Below are positions 11,223 to 20,862 of a stretch of DNA of 64,000 nucleotides, in pieces. The position numbers were made by a program, and so were the translations under genes. The number at the start of each line of letters is the position of its first letter. Position 1 is the stretch's first letter. The DNA lies in NCBI GenBank assembly GCA_013416795.1, contig RQSC01000007.1, forward strand, positions 116,490 to 180,489, in the 5' to 3' direction. The stretch comes from Prasinococcaceae sp. CCMP 1430 (lineage: Eukaryota > Plantae > Prasinodermophyta). Below the pieces are notes generated by a model. It saw only the letters and a program-made list of their open reading frames with translations. It had not been told where the DNA came from and made no database searches.

Positions 11223-11398
11223 TAGCGTGTGGATAACAAGACGTGTCCATATGCAGCGCTGCGCTGCTCAAGCTAGATGCGCGCGGTGCGCTGCAGCTCT
11301 GCACGCGAGCTGCACGCCGCCATCGCGCAACGCGGCGCGGGGGCGCGCGCGCGCACTGCGCGCGAATGAGGGGGTGCCGTCACAGAAGTCTTAATGGC

Positions 11399-12246
11399 TT
11401 ACTCGACGGTCGCGAGCACCTCGTCGATGTTGAGGAAGGTGACCGTGCCCTCGCCTGTGGAGACCTCGACGCCCTTTTGCGCCGAGTAGATCACCTTGCC
11501 GCCCTTCTTCAGATCGCCCGCCGGCACCTCCGAGCCCACGGACACGATGGTGCCCATCTGTCGACGCCAGTGAGTGTGGCGGTGCGCGCGTGTGGTAGGG
11601 GATTGAGCGGCCTGTCAGCGCGTGAAAACCATCGTCTTCGGGCACGATCGCAACAGCGCCATGCGGTGATGCTGGCACGAGGTGCTCACGAGCGCGTGGG
11701 CGATGTGCGGGCTCCCGCCCGCGCTGCCCTGCCAGGCTGCGCCTGCCGGCTGCTCTCCATGCATGCGAATTGCCAGGCCGCGGTAGCAGGCGCAGCGGCT
11801 GCGAGCGCGTCGCACCTTGAACGACTGAGACTTGTCGACGCCCTGCGAGAGCAGCAGGCCACCCGCGGTCGCGTTCATGACGGTCTCCGGCTCGACGACG
11901 ACCTTGTTCGCCGCCGCGGAGAGCTTGGTGACGTCGAGCTCCACCGGCACCACCGCGCCCCGTTGCTTGCCCGAGCGCCGCTCGCAGGTGCGCTCTTGGC
12001 AAGAGTAGCGGCGGCGGTAGCCGCCGCAGCCGCAGCCGCGGCGGCGGTCGCCCGCGGAGTCTTTTGCTTTGCCGCTGCAGAGCGCTGCAAGTTGACGGCG
12101 GCGGCAGCGGCCGCGGCGGCCGCCGCCGCCGCTGGCGACGGTGCCTTCTCGGTGGCCACAGCAGCACCGGCGCCCCTCGTGGCCGTCTGCGCATGCGCAA
12201 CAGCCGATGGAGCTTTGTACATGAGCGCTGCCACTGCCGACGTCGG
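11399..12246 (-). CDS. CPN10: Chaperonin 10 (GroES-like, probably plastid); intron 11815-11558; 5' end uncertain next to the n at 12247
   Basis: NKVVVEPETVMNATAGGLLL...SFK|MGTIVSVGSEV...GGKVIYS...FLNIDEVLATVE* is a complete GroES domain after splicing. Confidence 0.85.
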
Positions 12247-12247
12247 N

Positions 12248-13418
12248 GCGCGTCAGCGGCGGCGGCAGCCGCCGCGGCAGCAGCAGCCGCAGCCGCTGCG
12301 GCGGGGGCGGCTGCGACGCAGCCACTGCGCATGGCATGGGCCGACAGGCGGCCGTGCGGCGACGGCGAAGTGCGGGTGCAGGTCGCCGCAGCGGGCCTGA
12401 ACTTCGCCGACGCGCTCATGGTGCAAGGGCTCTACCAGGAACGACCGGCGTACCCGTTTGTGCCCGGCGGTGAGCTGAGCGGCACCGTGACCGAGGTGGG
12501 CGCTGGCGTCAAGGGCCTCAAGGTGGGCGATGCCGTCGTGTCTGTGGCCGCGGGCGCGTTCGCCGAGGAGGTCGTGTGCTCCGCCGACCAGACGCTGCGG
12601 CTTCCCACCGAGCTCGCGCGGCCATCGGCGAGCGGCTCTCGGGCGCTGGACGTCGAGGCTGCCGCGGGCCTGCCGATCGCGTTTGGGACCGCGCACGTCG
12701 CGCTACGCGAGCGCGCAGCGCTGCGCGCCGGGCAGACGGTGCTCGTGCTAGGTGCCGGCGGCGGCGTGGGACAGGCGGCCGTGCAGCTCTCCAAGCGCCA
12801 GGGCGCGTTCGTGGTGGCGGTGGGGCGCGGCCAGCGCAAGGTGTCTCTGCTCAAGCGACTCGGTGCGGATGTTGTCATCGATAGCTCTTCGCTAGGACCG
12901 GAGGGAAAGGGGCTGCGCTCGGCGGTGCGCGCTGCGCTGCCCGCAAACAAGGGAGTGGACGTGCTCTTCGACACGGTGCGCGCGCACCGCAGCGCGGACG
13001 CGAGTGCGTGCGTGTGCGTGCCCGCCTGGTCCTCGCCAGACGCGCTGACGCCGCGTCGTCGCCGCAGGTGGGGGGCGTGCAGCACGCCGAGGGCATGCGC
13101 ACGCTGGCGTGGGGCGCCCACGTGCTCATCATCGGCTTCGCGAGCGGGCCCATACCCAAGATCGCGTCCAACATCGCACTGGTGAAGAATCTGACCGTGC
13201 ACGGCGTCTACTGGGGCTCATACTTCAAAAAGTCCCCCGAGGTTGTGCTCAGCAGCCTGCAGGAGCTCGTGACAATGCTCGCCCGCGGCGAAATCGAGGT
13301 GCCCGTGTCGCACAGGTTCACGCTGGAGGACGCGCCCAAGGCGTTCGACACACTCCTCGGGCGGGCGTCGTTGGGCAAGGTGCTGCTTGTGCCGGGCAAG
13401 CGGCGCGCGAGGCTCTGA
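12248..13418 (+). CDS. NADPH:quinone oxidoreductase (zeta-crystallin-like MDR), 5'-truncated; intron 12976-13067
   Basis: VQVAAAGLNFAD, PFVPGGELSG, VLVLGAGGGVGQAAVQL, DVLFDT|VGG, IIGFASG, GKVLL. Confidence 0.9.
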
Positions 13419-13573
13419 CGGAAACGCTGGACGGATGCGGAGCGCCCGCACGCGCGCATGGCGCCCCGAAGCCACTTTTTTGTATTCAACTTCCTCGACG
13501 CTTGGTGTGCGTTATCACTATGGTGCGGCAGCGGCGGCCGCGCGCGCCCGTCTGCCCTTCAATCGGACGCGCG

Positions 13574-14600
13574 CTACTGCTCGGCCTCGTCGGCGTTGTC
13601 TCCGACGGGCACGTCCTCCCAGTACTCGTCGCAGTCGTCGCGCATCGAGAGCGAGATGCGGTTCCCCTTGGTGTCCACCTCGAGCACGGTGACCTCCACC
13701 TCCTTGCCCACCTCGATGAGGCTCTCCCAATCGGCGTAGGGGTCCGAGGTGACCTCCGAGCGGTGCACGAGGCCGTCAACGCCCGGCGCGAGGTTGACGA
13801 ACGCGCCGAAGTCGACCACGTTCACGATGCGCCCCTGCACCTTCTCGCCGGGCGTCGCCTTGTACGGTGCGCCCTTCATCGAGAGCGACAGCCGGCGGCT
13901 GCCCGGCTCCGCCGAGAGCACGTGCACGTCGACCTTCTGGCCAATCTGCACGATGGAGTTCACGTCGCGCACGAACTTGTGGCTCATCTCGCTGATGTGC
14001 ACCAGCCCGTCGCACTCGGCGCCGCAGTCGACGAACGCGCCGTACGGCTTGATGGAGCGCACCACCCCGCTCAGCTTGTCGCCCTCCGCGAGCGTGCTCA
14101 GCGCCACGCGCTCGCTGCTCTCCTCCTCCGCCTCCTCCTCCTCGGCGGCCTCGGCGGCCTCGGCGGGCGCGGCCTCCTCGGCGGCGGCGACCTCGGCCTC
14201 GGCCTCGGTGGCGGCCTGCGGTGGCGGCAAGGCGCGCAAGGGCGCGCGGCGCGCGTCAGCAAGCAGCAGGACGGGAGAGCTGGGACGAGGTGGGGGATGG
14301 ATGGTTCGGGGGAAGGGGTCTGGTGTGTGGGGAGGGTGATGGAGGACCCTGTGCGAGGGGCATGGGTGCGCTGGCGCGGTGGTCGCGGTGGTGGCAAGAC
14401 CGACGCCCGCCGGCGCCCGACACGCTGCGCACCTCCTCATCGACGGCCTGGGCGCGCACGCGCGCGGCGCGCCCTCCTTGTGGCGCCCCTGCCTTCGCAC
14501 GCTGACCCTGCCGCCAACGCTGCGCTGCCCTCACCGCCGGCGCCGCCGGGTGAGTGCCAAAGCCGATCGGCGCTGCCGTACCCGGTCTAACAATCTCCAT
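13574..14600 (-). CDS. Plastid-targeted protein with two S1 RNA-binding domains (PSRP-7-like); exons 14600-14433 and 14215-13574
   Basis: Transit-peptide-like exon 1, then GVVRSIKPYGAFVDCG...DGLVHISE and VVDFGAFVNL...DGLVHRSE. Acidic tail, then a stop. Confidence 0.85.
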
Positions 14601-14931
14601 GCATGCCCCGGTTCATCCCCGCCAAAAGACCCCGATTCAAGTGCTTACACTGGGTTCACGTCAGCGTCGTGACATCGTGTTGGCCTCCTGATTTGTCCTG
14701 GGACGGGCGCACGGGCTGGCACGCGCGCGCGCGCGGGCGGACTGCGGGGCGTTGCGGGGCGTGCCACACACCCACGCGCAGGAGGGCAGGCGTCGGGGAG
14801 GGGAAGGGCGGGGGAAGGGCGAGGGGGTGTGGCGGTGGCGTGTGGCTGGATTCGGTTGGTCGGTGTCGAGCGGTCCTCGCGGGGCGGACGGGGCTCGGCG
14901 CGCGCTGCGCCGCGCTTCGCTTCGTCGCGCG

Positions 14932-16275
14932 ATGGGCGATCGCAGCGCCGACTACGGCGCCGGCGCGCGCCCGTATGGCAGCGGGGACAGGGAGGGCCCT
15001 GCCCCGCCGACGAGGCTCTTCGTTGGCGGTCTCGCCACGACTGTTGAGATGGGCGAACTCAGGGAGATGTTCGCCCCGCACGGCGAGATCGTGCGCCTCC
15101 AGGTGAAGAACACCGACAATCACGTCAACTATGCCTTCGTCGAGTACGAGATGCAAGATGATGCGGCGCGCGCGATCAACGCGCTCAACGACAAGGCGGT
15201 GCACGGCCGGACAATTAGCGTTAGCCAGGCGCGCGGCCCGCGCAACAGCCGCCAGGACTCGCGCGGCCCCTATGGGGCCGAGGGCGGCTACGGGCGCGGG
15301 GGCGGATACGGCCGCGGTGGAGGCCGCTTTGAACGGGGCACAAACGGGCGCGCTGCTCCGCCAGGCAGGATCGAGTGCCAGGTCGAGGTGAACAACGTGA
15401 GCAGCGACGCCTCCTGGCAGGACCTGAAGGACTTGGCGCGCACCACAGGCGCCAGCCGCGTCATGTTTGCCGACATCGTTTCCGCTGGAGTGGGCCTCAT
15501 CGAGTACTCGAACGAGGCCGAAGCCCAGGAGGCACTGAAGGTGCTCGGGGGCAAGACGCTCAAGGGGACGCCCGTGAGCGTGAGGACGCCTGACACGGCC
15601 TACAACGGCGTCGGCGGGCCACTCAAAGGTTTCTCCCGTGATCGCGAGCGTATTGGGAGGGGAGATGAGCGCGGGGGCTACGGTGGGGGGCAGCGTGGCT
15701 ACGACCCCTACCCACAGCCCCCGCGTCAGCGCTACGCGGATTACTACCACGCGCCACCGCCACGCGAGCGCGAATACGACCGCGCGCCGCCGCCGCGCGC
15801 CGACCCGTACGCGCGCGAGTACGACCGCGGCTACGAAGGGCGTGCACCTCCGCCGGAGCCGTACGCTTACGAGCGGACTGCGCCGTCCTACTACGCGCGG
15901 GAGCGCGACTACGATGCTCGCGGTCCTCCCCCTGCGCGCTCGTATGATGACTACGACGCGCGGCGCGCCCCACCGCCGCGCTACGCCCCGCCAGAGCGCG
16001 ACCCATACTACGACGCGCCGCCTCCCTCGCGTGGGCCTCCACCCTCGCGCGCGCCTCCGCCAAGCGATGGATATCCGCGATACGAGCAGAGCGGGCCACC
16101 GCCTTCGCGTGCCCCGCCGCCAGCAGATGACTACTACCGGGGGCCTCCGCGCGAGTATTACCCAGGTGAGCGCGGGCAGCCGCCGGCCAGAGGTGGCGCG
16201 CCGTTTTACGACGAGCGGCCGCCGGCAAGAGGTGGTGGGTCCTATTACGATGACCGCCCCCCGGCGCGCGAGTGA
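14932..16275 (+). CDS. SR-family-like splicing factor: RRM + pseudo-RRM (SWQDLKD) + Arg/Tyr/Asp/Pro-rich repeat tail
   Basis: RLFVGGL and NYAFVEY (RNP2/RNP1), then SWQDLKD, which is diagnostic of SRSF1/4/5/6-type RRM2. Intronless. Confidence 0.85.
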   Translation: MGDRSADYGAGARPYGSGDREGPAPPTRLFVGGLATTVEMGELREMFAPHGEIVRLQVKNTDNHVNYAFVEYEMQDDAARAINALNDKAVHGRTISVSQARGPRNSRQDSRGPYGAEGGYGRGGGYGRGGGRFERGTNGRAAPPGRIECQVEVNNVSSDASWQDLKDLARTTGASRVMFADIVSAGVGLIEYSNEAEAQEALKVLGGKTLKGTPVSVRTPDTAYNGVGGPLKGFSRDRERIGRGDERGGYGGGQRGYDPYPQPPRQRYADYYHAPPPREREYDRAPPPRADPYAREYDRGYEGRAPPPEPYAYERTAPSYYARERDYDARGPPPARSYDDYDARRAPPPRYAPPERDPYYDAPPPSRGPPPSRAPPPSDGYPRYEQSGPPPSRAPPPADDYYRGPPREYYPGERGQPPARGGAPFYDERPPARGGGSYYDDRPPARE

Positions 16276-16553
16276 TGAGCCTTGCGTGTACGCCGTTGGC
16301 GCCCGCGTACCTGTTTGAGTCTGCTGGGAAGAGGCAAGATGGAAAGTGCCTGCATGTCTGTGACGCGTAAGCAATTCTTCACGCCGTGGACAGCCCGCCC
16401 GCGCATGCATCCATGTGATCACTGGATTATTAGAAAGGCGAGCGCACACGCGCATGCGCTCGTCCGTGGCGCCGCGCCAACCTGCGCCCCTGCCCCAGCT
16501 TTCTGCAATGAGCGCGCCCAGGTACAACGTGCTCAGCCGGAGGGATTTCACTC

Positions 16554-17121
16554 TCACCCCTGCATGGGCATGATGTCGCTGGCATCGGTCGGGAGCTTGC
16601 CCTTTGCGCTGCCTCCAGACGGAAGCGCCTGCATATGTGCGTGCGCGGGTGCGAGAGGCGCGCTCGTGTCAAATGTAGTCCGCGCGGGGCTCGACGTGCG
16701 GAGCGACGCATCCCATTCGCATCTGCGCCGAGAGCGCGGGCGCACCTTCGCCGCCGCTGCGCGCTTGTCCTGCTTGTCCTGCTTGCAGCGGTCCTGCGGG
16801 TCCGTCGCCGGGCCTGCGTTGGACTTCTTCTTTCTCGCCAGCTTCTTCTTGGCGGCCTTTGTGACGGCGCCGTGCGTCTTGGCTCCTAGCCTCTTCCCCG
16901 CGCGTGCCTTGGCCTTCTTCACGGCCTTGGAGCGCACCTTACCCCCTTTGGCCGCCGTCGACGTGCCTCCCCTGCCGCCCCGCACCATCTTCGCCCGCTT
17001 CGCGAGGTTCCCTTCCTCCCACGCAAGCACACTCGCACGCTCACTCGCGAGGCGGACCACCCTGCGGCGCCTGCCGCCAGCCGCCGGCGGCCGCCGCGCC
17101 GGCGTCGACGAGTGGCGCGCG
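16554..17121 (-). CDS. Hypothetical Lys/Arg-rich protein, 5' end lost in the N gap 17122-17150
   Basis: Open frame with the coding-like segment RVVRLASERASVLAWEEGNLAKRAK and a basic tail. No family recognised. Confidence 0.4.
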
Positions 17122-18452
17122 NNNNNNNNNNNNNNNNNNNNNNNNNNNNNCACGCGCGCTGCGGGCGGGCGTCGGCGCCGCGCCCCATCAAAACGCACCC
17201 GCGGCGCGCGGCGGCTGGCCCGCCCGGCGAGATCTATCCTGCGCCTCTGACCCACCCGTTCCGCGGCGCCAGGACCCTGGCCACGCCGCTCAAATATGCG
17301 TAATATGAAATTAGTACATTCCGTAAACTTCAGCGCCGGTGAGCAGACGGTGTGCGCGCTCTGTGGCGCGCCGCTTGAAAAAACGGCGACGAAATCGGCC
17401 GCGACCCGAACTGCGGAATGGGTTTTGCACCCTGACCGATGATTGAGGCCGTCTGGCCGCCCTGCGTCCGTGGATCGTCGCCTGCGGCTCTCGGCCGTAC
17501 AGTGCGTGAACGCGTACGTCCGTGCGCGTGGCGCCCATCATTCAGTTTTAAAAACTTCGGTGCGTCCATCGACATGCATCGAATAAATGTCTTCACACGC
17601 GTCGAAATGCTCCCAGCCGCGTTTTTTTGGCGCGCGAATGGCCACACCCTGAATTGGGAGCAACCTCAATCCGCGTGAACCCCAACCCTGGGCGGTGCTG
17701 CGTCCTGGCCGATGAGCCCCCAAACCCTTTCCATCGACGGGACCCCAAATGCACCTCTTCTGGCTCCAACGAGGGTTTGAACCCCAGCTCGGAACCTCCC
17801 GGCGAGGGTTCCAAAAGGCGGGAAAACGCCTCATCCGATCGATAACCGCCCCGCCGAGCTGCCGACGCGACGGCGGAGGACCGAACTCGCCTTTCGCTAT
17901 GAGTTTCGGGGCTCGGGCCAAACCGCACGGTATCGATCGATGGCAGACAGACAGCCGACGGAAAGATAGGGAAAGTGAGTGAGAGCGGGTGGTCACCGCC
18001 GCACTTTGGCATTGGATTTGTCCCATCCGATTGACGTACGGACGGGGCACTGGTTGGAATTGCCGCATTGGCATTGGTGTGGTCGCGGTGTTGTCGGATT
18101 GATGGTTTTGCGCTGTGTTTTCCGGGACGCGCAGAAACCGAAACGGGCGCCGCGAAAAGGCCGAAAGCGCGCGCCCGCGGATATCGCAAATCCGCGCGCT
18201 CCGAACCGGCGCGCGCCGGCGCCCTTCCCCCATTCCGAACCGTTTTTTTTTTTTTGAGAGGGAGGGCGGACGTGCGTGGGATTTGATGGAGGGAAGGGGG
18301 TGCATTTCGTGTCTCTTCGTGCGGCGCTTTACGGTACGCCGTACGTACTTTTCCGCGCGTTCGCGGCGTCGCGTGTGGGGGTGCGCGGAAAGGGCCCGTG
18401 TCGCATCGGATTCGGGGTTTGTTGGTGCGGTGGCGGATCGCGCGCGGCGCGG

Positions 18453-18542
18453 GCACATGACCATCTCGTACGCACGTATGCACGACCCACGGGCGCGTGC
18501 ACATAACCGTCTCGTACGCACGTATACACGACCCACGGGCGC
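18453..18542. repeat. 2 x 46-bp non-coding tandem repeat upstream of CYP97B
   Basis: gcacat(g/a)acc(a/g)tctcgtacgcacgtat(g/a)cacgacccacgggcgc starts at 18453 and at 18499. Confidence 0.9.
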
Positions 18543-18563
18543 CATCTCGCTTTCGAGCGACGN

Positions 18564-20520
18564 GCGCGGCAGCGGCCGCGCCGCCGACGACGGCGGCGCG
18601 GCGGGCGGCTACGAGAGCGGCTACGAGAGCGACTACGAGAGCGAGCGATACCGCCCGGTGCCGCCGGGGCCGCGCAAGGACCGGCGCGAGGCGAATTGGC
18701 TGATGGACACGTTCAACCCGCGCGCCGAGGCGGGCGGGGTCTTCGACATGGTCGCGCAGAGGCTCACGGACGCGTTCGACGGAGCGTTCTCGCGCGACAT
18801 CAGCGGCGCGCCCGTGGCGCGCGGCGACATCAGCGCCCTGCTGGCGGAGCCGCTCTTCAAGGCGCTCTACGCGTGGTTCCTCGAGCTCGGGGGCATCTAC
18901 CGCCTGCCCTTCGGACCCAAGTCCTTCATCGTGGTGTCCGACCCCGCGATCGCGCGCCACATCCTCAAGGACAACGCGGCGAACTACTCGAAGGGGCTGC
19001 TCTCCGAAATCCTCAAGCCGATCATGGGCGACGGCCTCATCCCGGCCTCGCCGGAGATCGCCGCCAAGCGCCGGAAGGTCATACTGCCCAGCGTGCACAA
19101 CGCGTACCTGCGGCGCATGATGTCCACCTTCTCGCTCACAGCCGCCGAGCTGGGCGACGCCATCGAGGAGAATCGCGCGCGGCAGGTGGTGGGGGGCGCC
19201 GGGGAGCAGACGCAGAGCGCGCGCGGCGCCTCCGGCGGCGAGGACCAGGCGCAGCAGCACGGCGGCGGCTTCGTCATAGACATGGAGCAGCAGTTCAACC
19301 ACGTGACGCTCGACATTGTCGGCCGTGCGGTCTTCAACCAAACCTTCGGCAGCGTGCAGGCGGTCGAGGAGACCGAGATCGTGCGCGCGGTGTACGACGT
19401 GCTCAAGGAGGCAGACCATCGCGCGACGTTCTTCCTGCCGTACTGGGACGACCCGCTGCTCGGGCGCGTCGTGCCGAGGCAGGCGCGCTTCCGGCGCGCG
19501 CTGCGCGTGCTCAACGAGCGCCTCAGCGAGCTCGTCGGGAGCGCGCGCGCCGCGAGCGCCGCCGAGGGCGGCCAGGACGACCTGGAGCGCCTGCAGCAGC
19601 GCGACTACGCCAACGTGCGCGACCCCTCCATGCTGCGTTTCCTCGTGGACATGCGCGGCGAGGACGCCACGGACAACCAGCTCAGGGACGACCTCATGAC
19701 GCTGCTCATCGCGGGACACGAGACGACCAGCGCGGTGCTCACCTGGGCGCTCTTCGAGCTCAGCCAGGACCCGGAGCTTCTGGCGGACGTGCTCGCTGAA
19801 GTGGATCCCATCATGGAGACGCGCGAACGCGAGGCGGCGGAGGCGGCGGGCGGCGACTCCTCGGCTGTGCCGATCCTCACGATGGACGACGTCAAAGACA
19901 TGCCACTGCTGCGCTGCACCGTCGCCGAGACGCTGCGGCTGTACCCGCAGCCGCCCGTGCTCATACGCCGCTCCATCGAGGACGACATGAGCGTGCCCAG
20001 GGGCTTCAACATCGTCAAGAACAGTGACGTGTTCATCTCGACGTACAATCTGCACCGCTCACGGGCGACCTACGGGCCGGACGTCGAGGAGTTCAAGCCC
20101 AGGCGGTGGATGAGCGACTTCGGGCAGGGCGAGGTCGAGGGCTGGGACGGCTACCGCGCGTCGGCCATGGGCCTGTACCCCAACGAGTCCTCGTCGGACT
20201 TCGCCTTCTTGCCCTTCGGGGCGGGCAACCGCAAGTGCGTCGGCGACGTCTTCGCCGTGTGCGAGGCCGTGACGATCCTGGCGGTGCTCCTGCGCCGCAT
20301 GCGCTTTGAGTTGGCCATTGCGCCAGAGGAGGTGGGCATGGTGACGGCCGCCACGATACACACCGAATCGGGGCTCATTATGAGCGCTGAGAGGCGAGAG
20401 CCTCCTCTCACGGGCGCCTCCGCCGCACACGCCCGTAAAGCGCACGGCGCGGGCGCGGCGCGCCCGCGCCCGCGGCCGCGGCCGCGCCGGGCGGCGCCGT
20501 CGGGCTGCCCTATGCACTGA
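18564..20520 (+). CDS. CYP97B: Cytochrome P450 CYP97B (carotenoid hydroxylase family), 5'-truncated by the n at 18563
   Basis: EILKPIMGDGLIPA, RLQQRDYANVRDPSMLRFLVDMRG, AGHETT, ETLRLYPQPP, LYPNE..SDFAFLPFGAGNRKCVGD. The inserts match the CYP97B subfamily. Confidence 0.92.
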
Positions 20521-20862
20521 CCGACGCGCGCAAGTGCGCGCCTACGTTGGCCGAACGGAGGAGACGGCCCGACCCACCCACGCACGGCACGTGCGCGACG
20601 CGCGTGCGACACGGGGCCGGGGAGTAACTAAAAACATTTTTGGGGAGAATTATGATACAGCCGTGCTTGTGTGCGAGGCGATTAGGACGCCTGCGCGTGG
20701 GAATGTGGGCTTGTTGTTGTTTCGGGCGCGTAGGCATTCGCGCGCGTGCGTGCGGGCGATGACGTGCTGCGTTGAGCCACGCACGCACGCACGCGCTATC
20801 GTGGATTGAGTTGGAGTGGCATGGATCGAGCTCTCGGATGTCGGTGCGATGGCGGTGGGGCG

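Noticed and set aside
6354-13067. Introner-like repeated introns
   Set aside because: The introns compared (UAP1, argC, quinone oxidoreductase) share only donor, GCTGAC branch and acceptor consensus, not body sequence.
17765-17800. tRNA-like GGTTCAAACCC T-loop on the minus strand
   Set aside because: Weak T-stem, and no matching acceptor stem, D-arm or anticodon arm at the right spacing.
17593-20055. Many long overlapping or antisense ORFs (e.g. 17593-20055, 14656-16557, 41859-43256, 21451-22863)
   Set aside because: Stop-poor shadow frames expected at this GC content; no motifs, and each lies opposite a well-supported gene.
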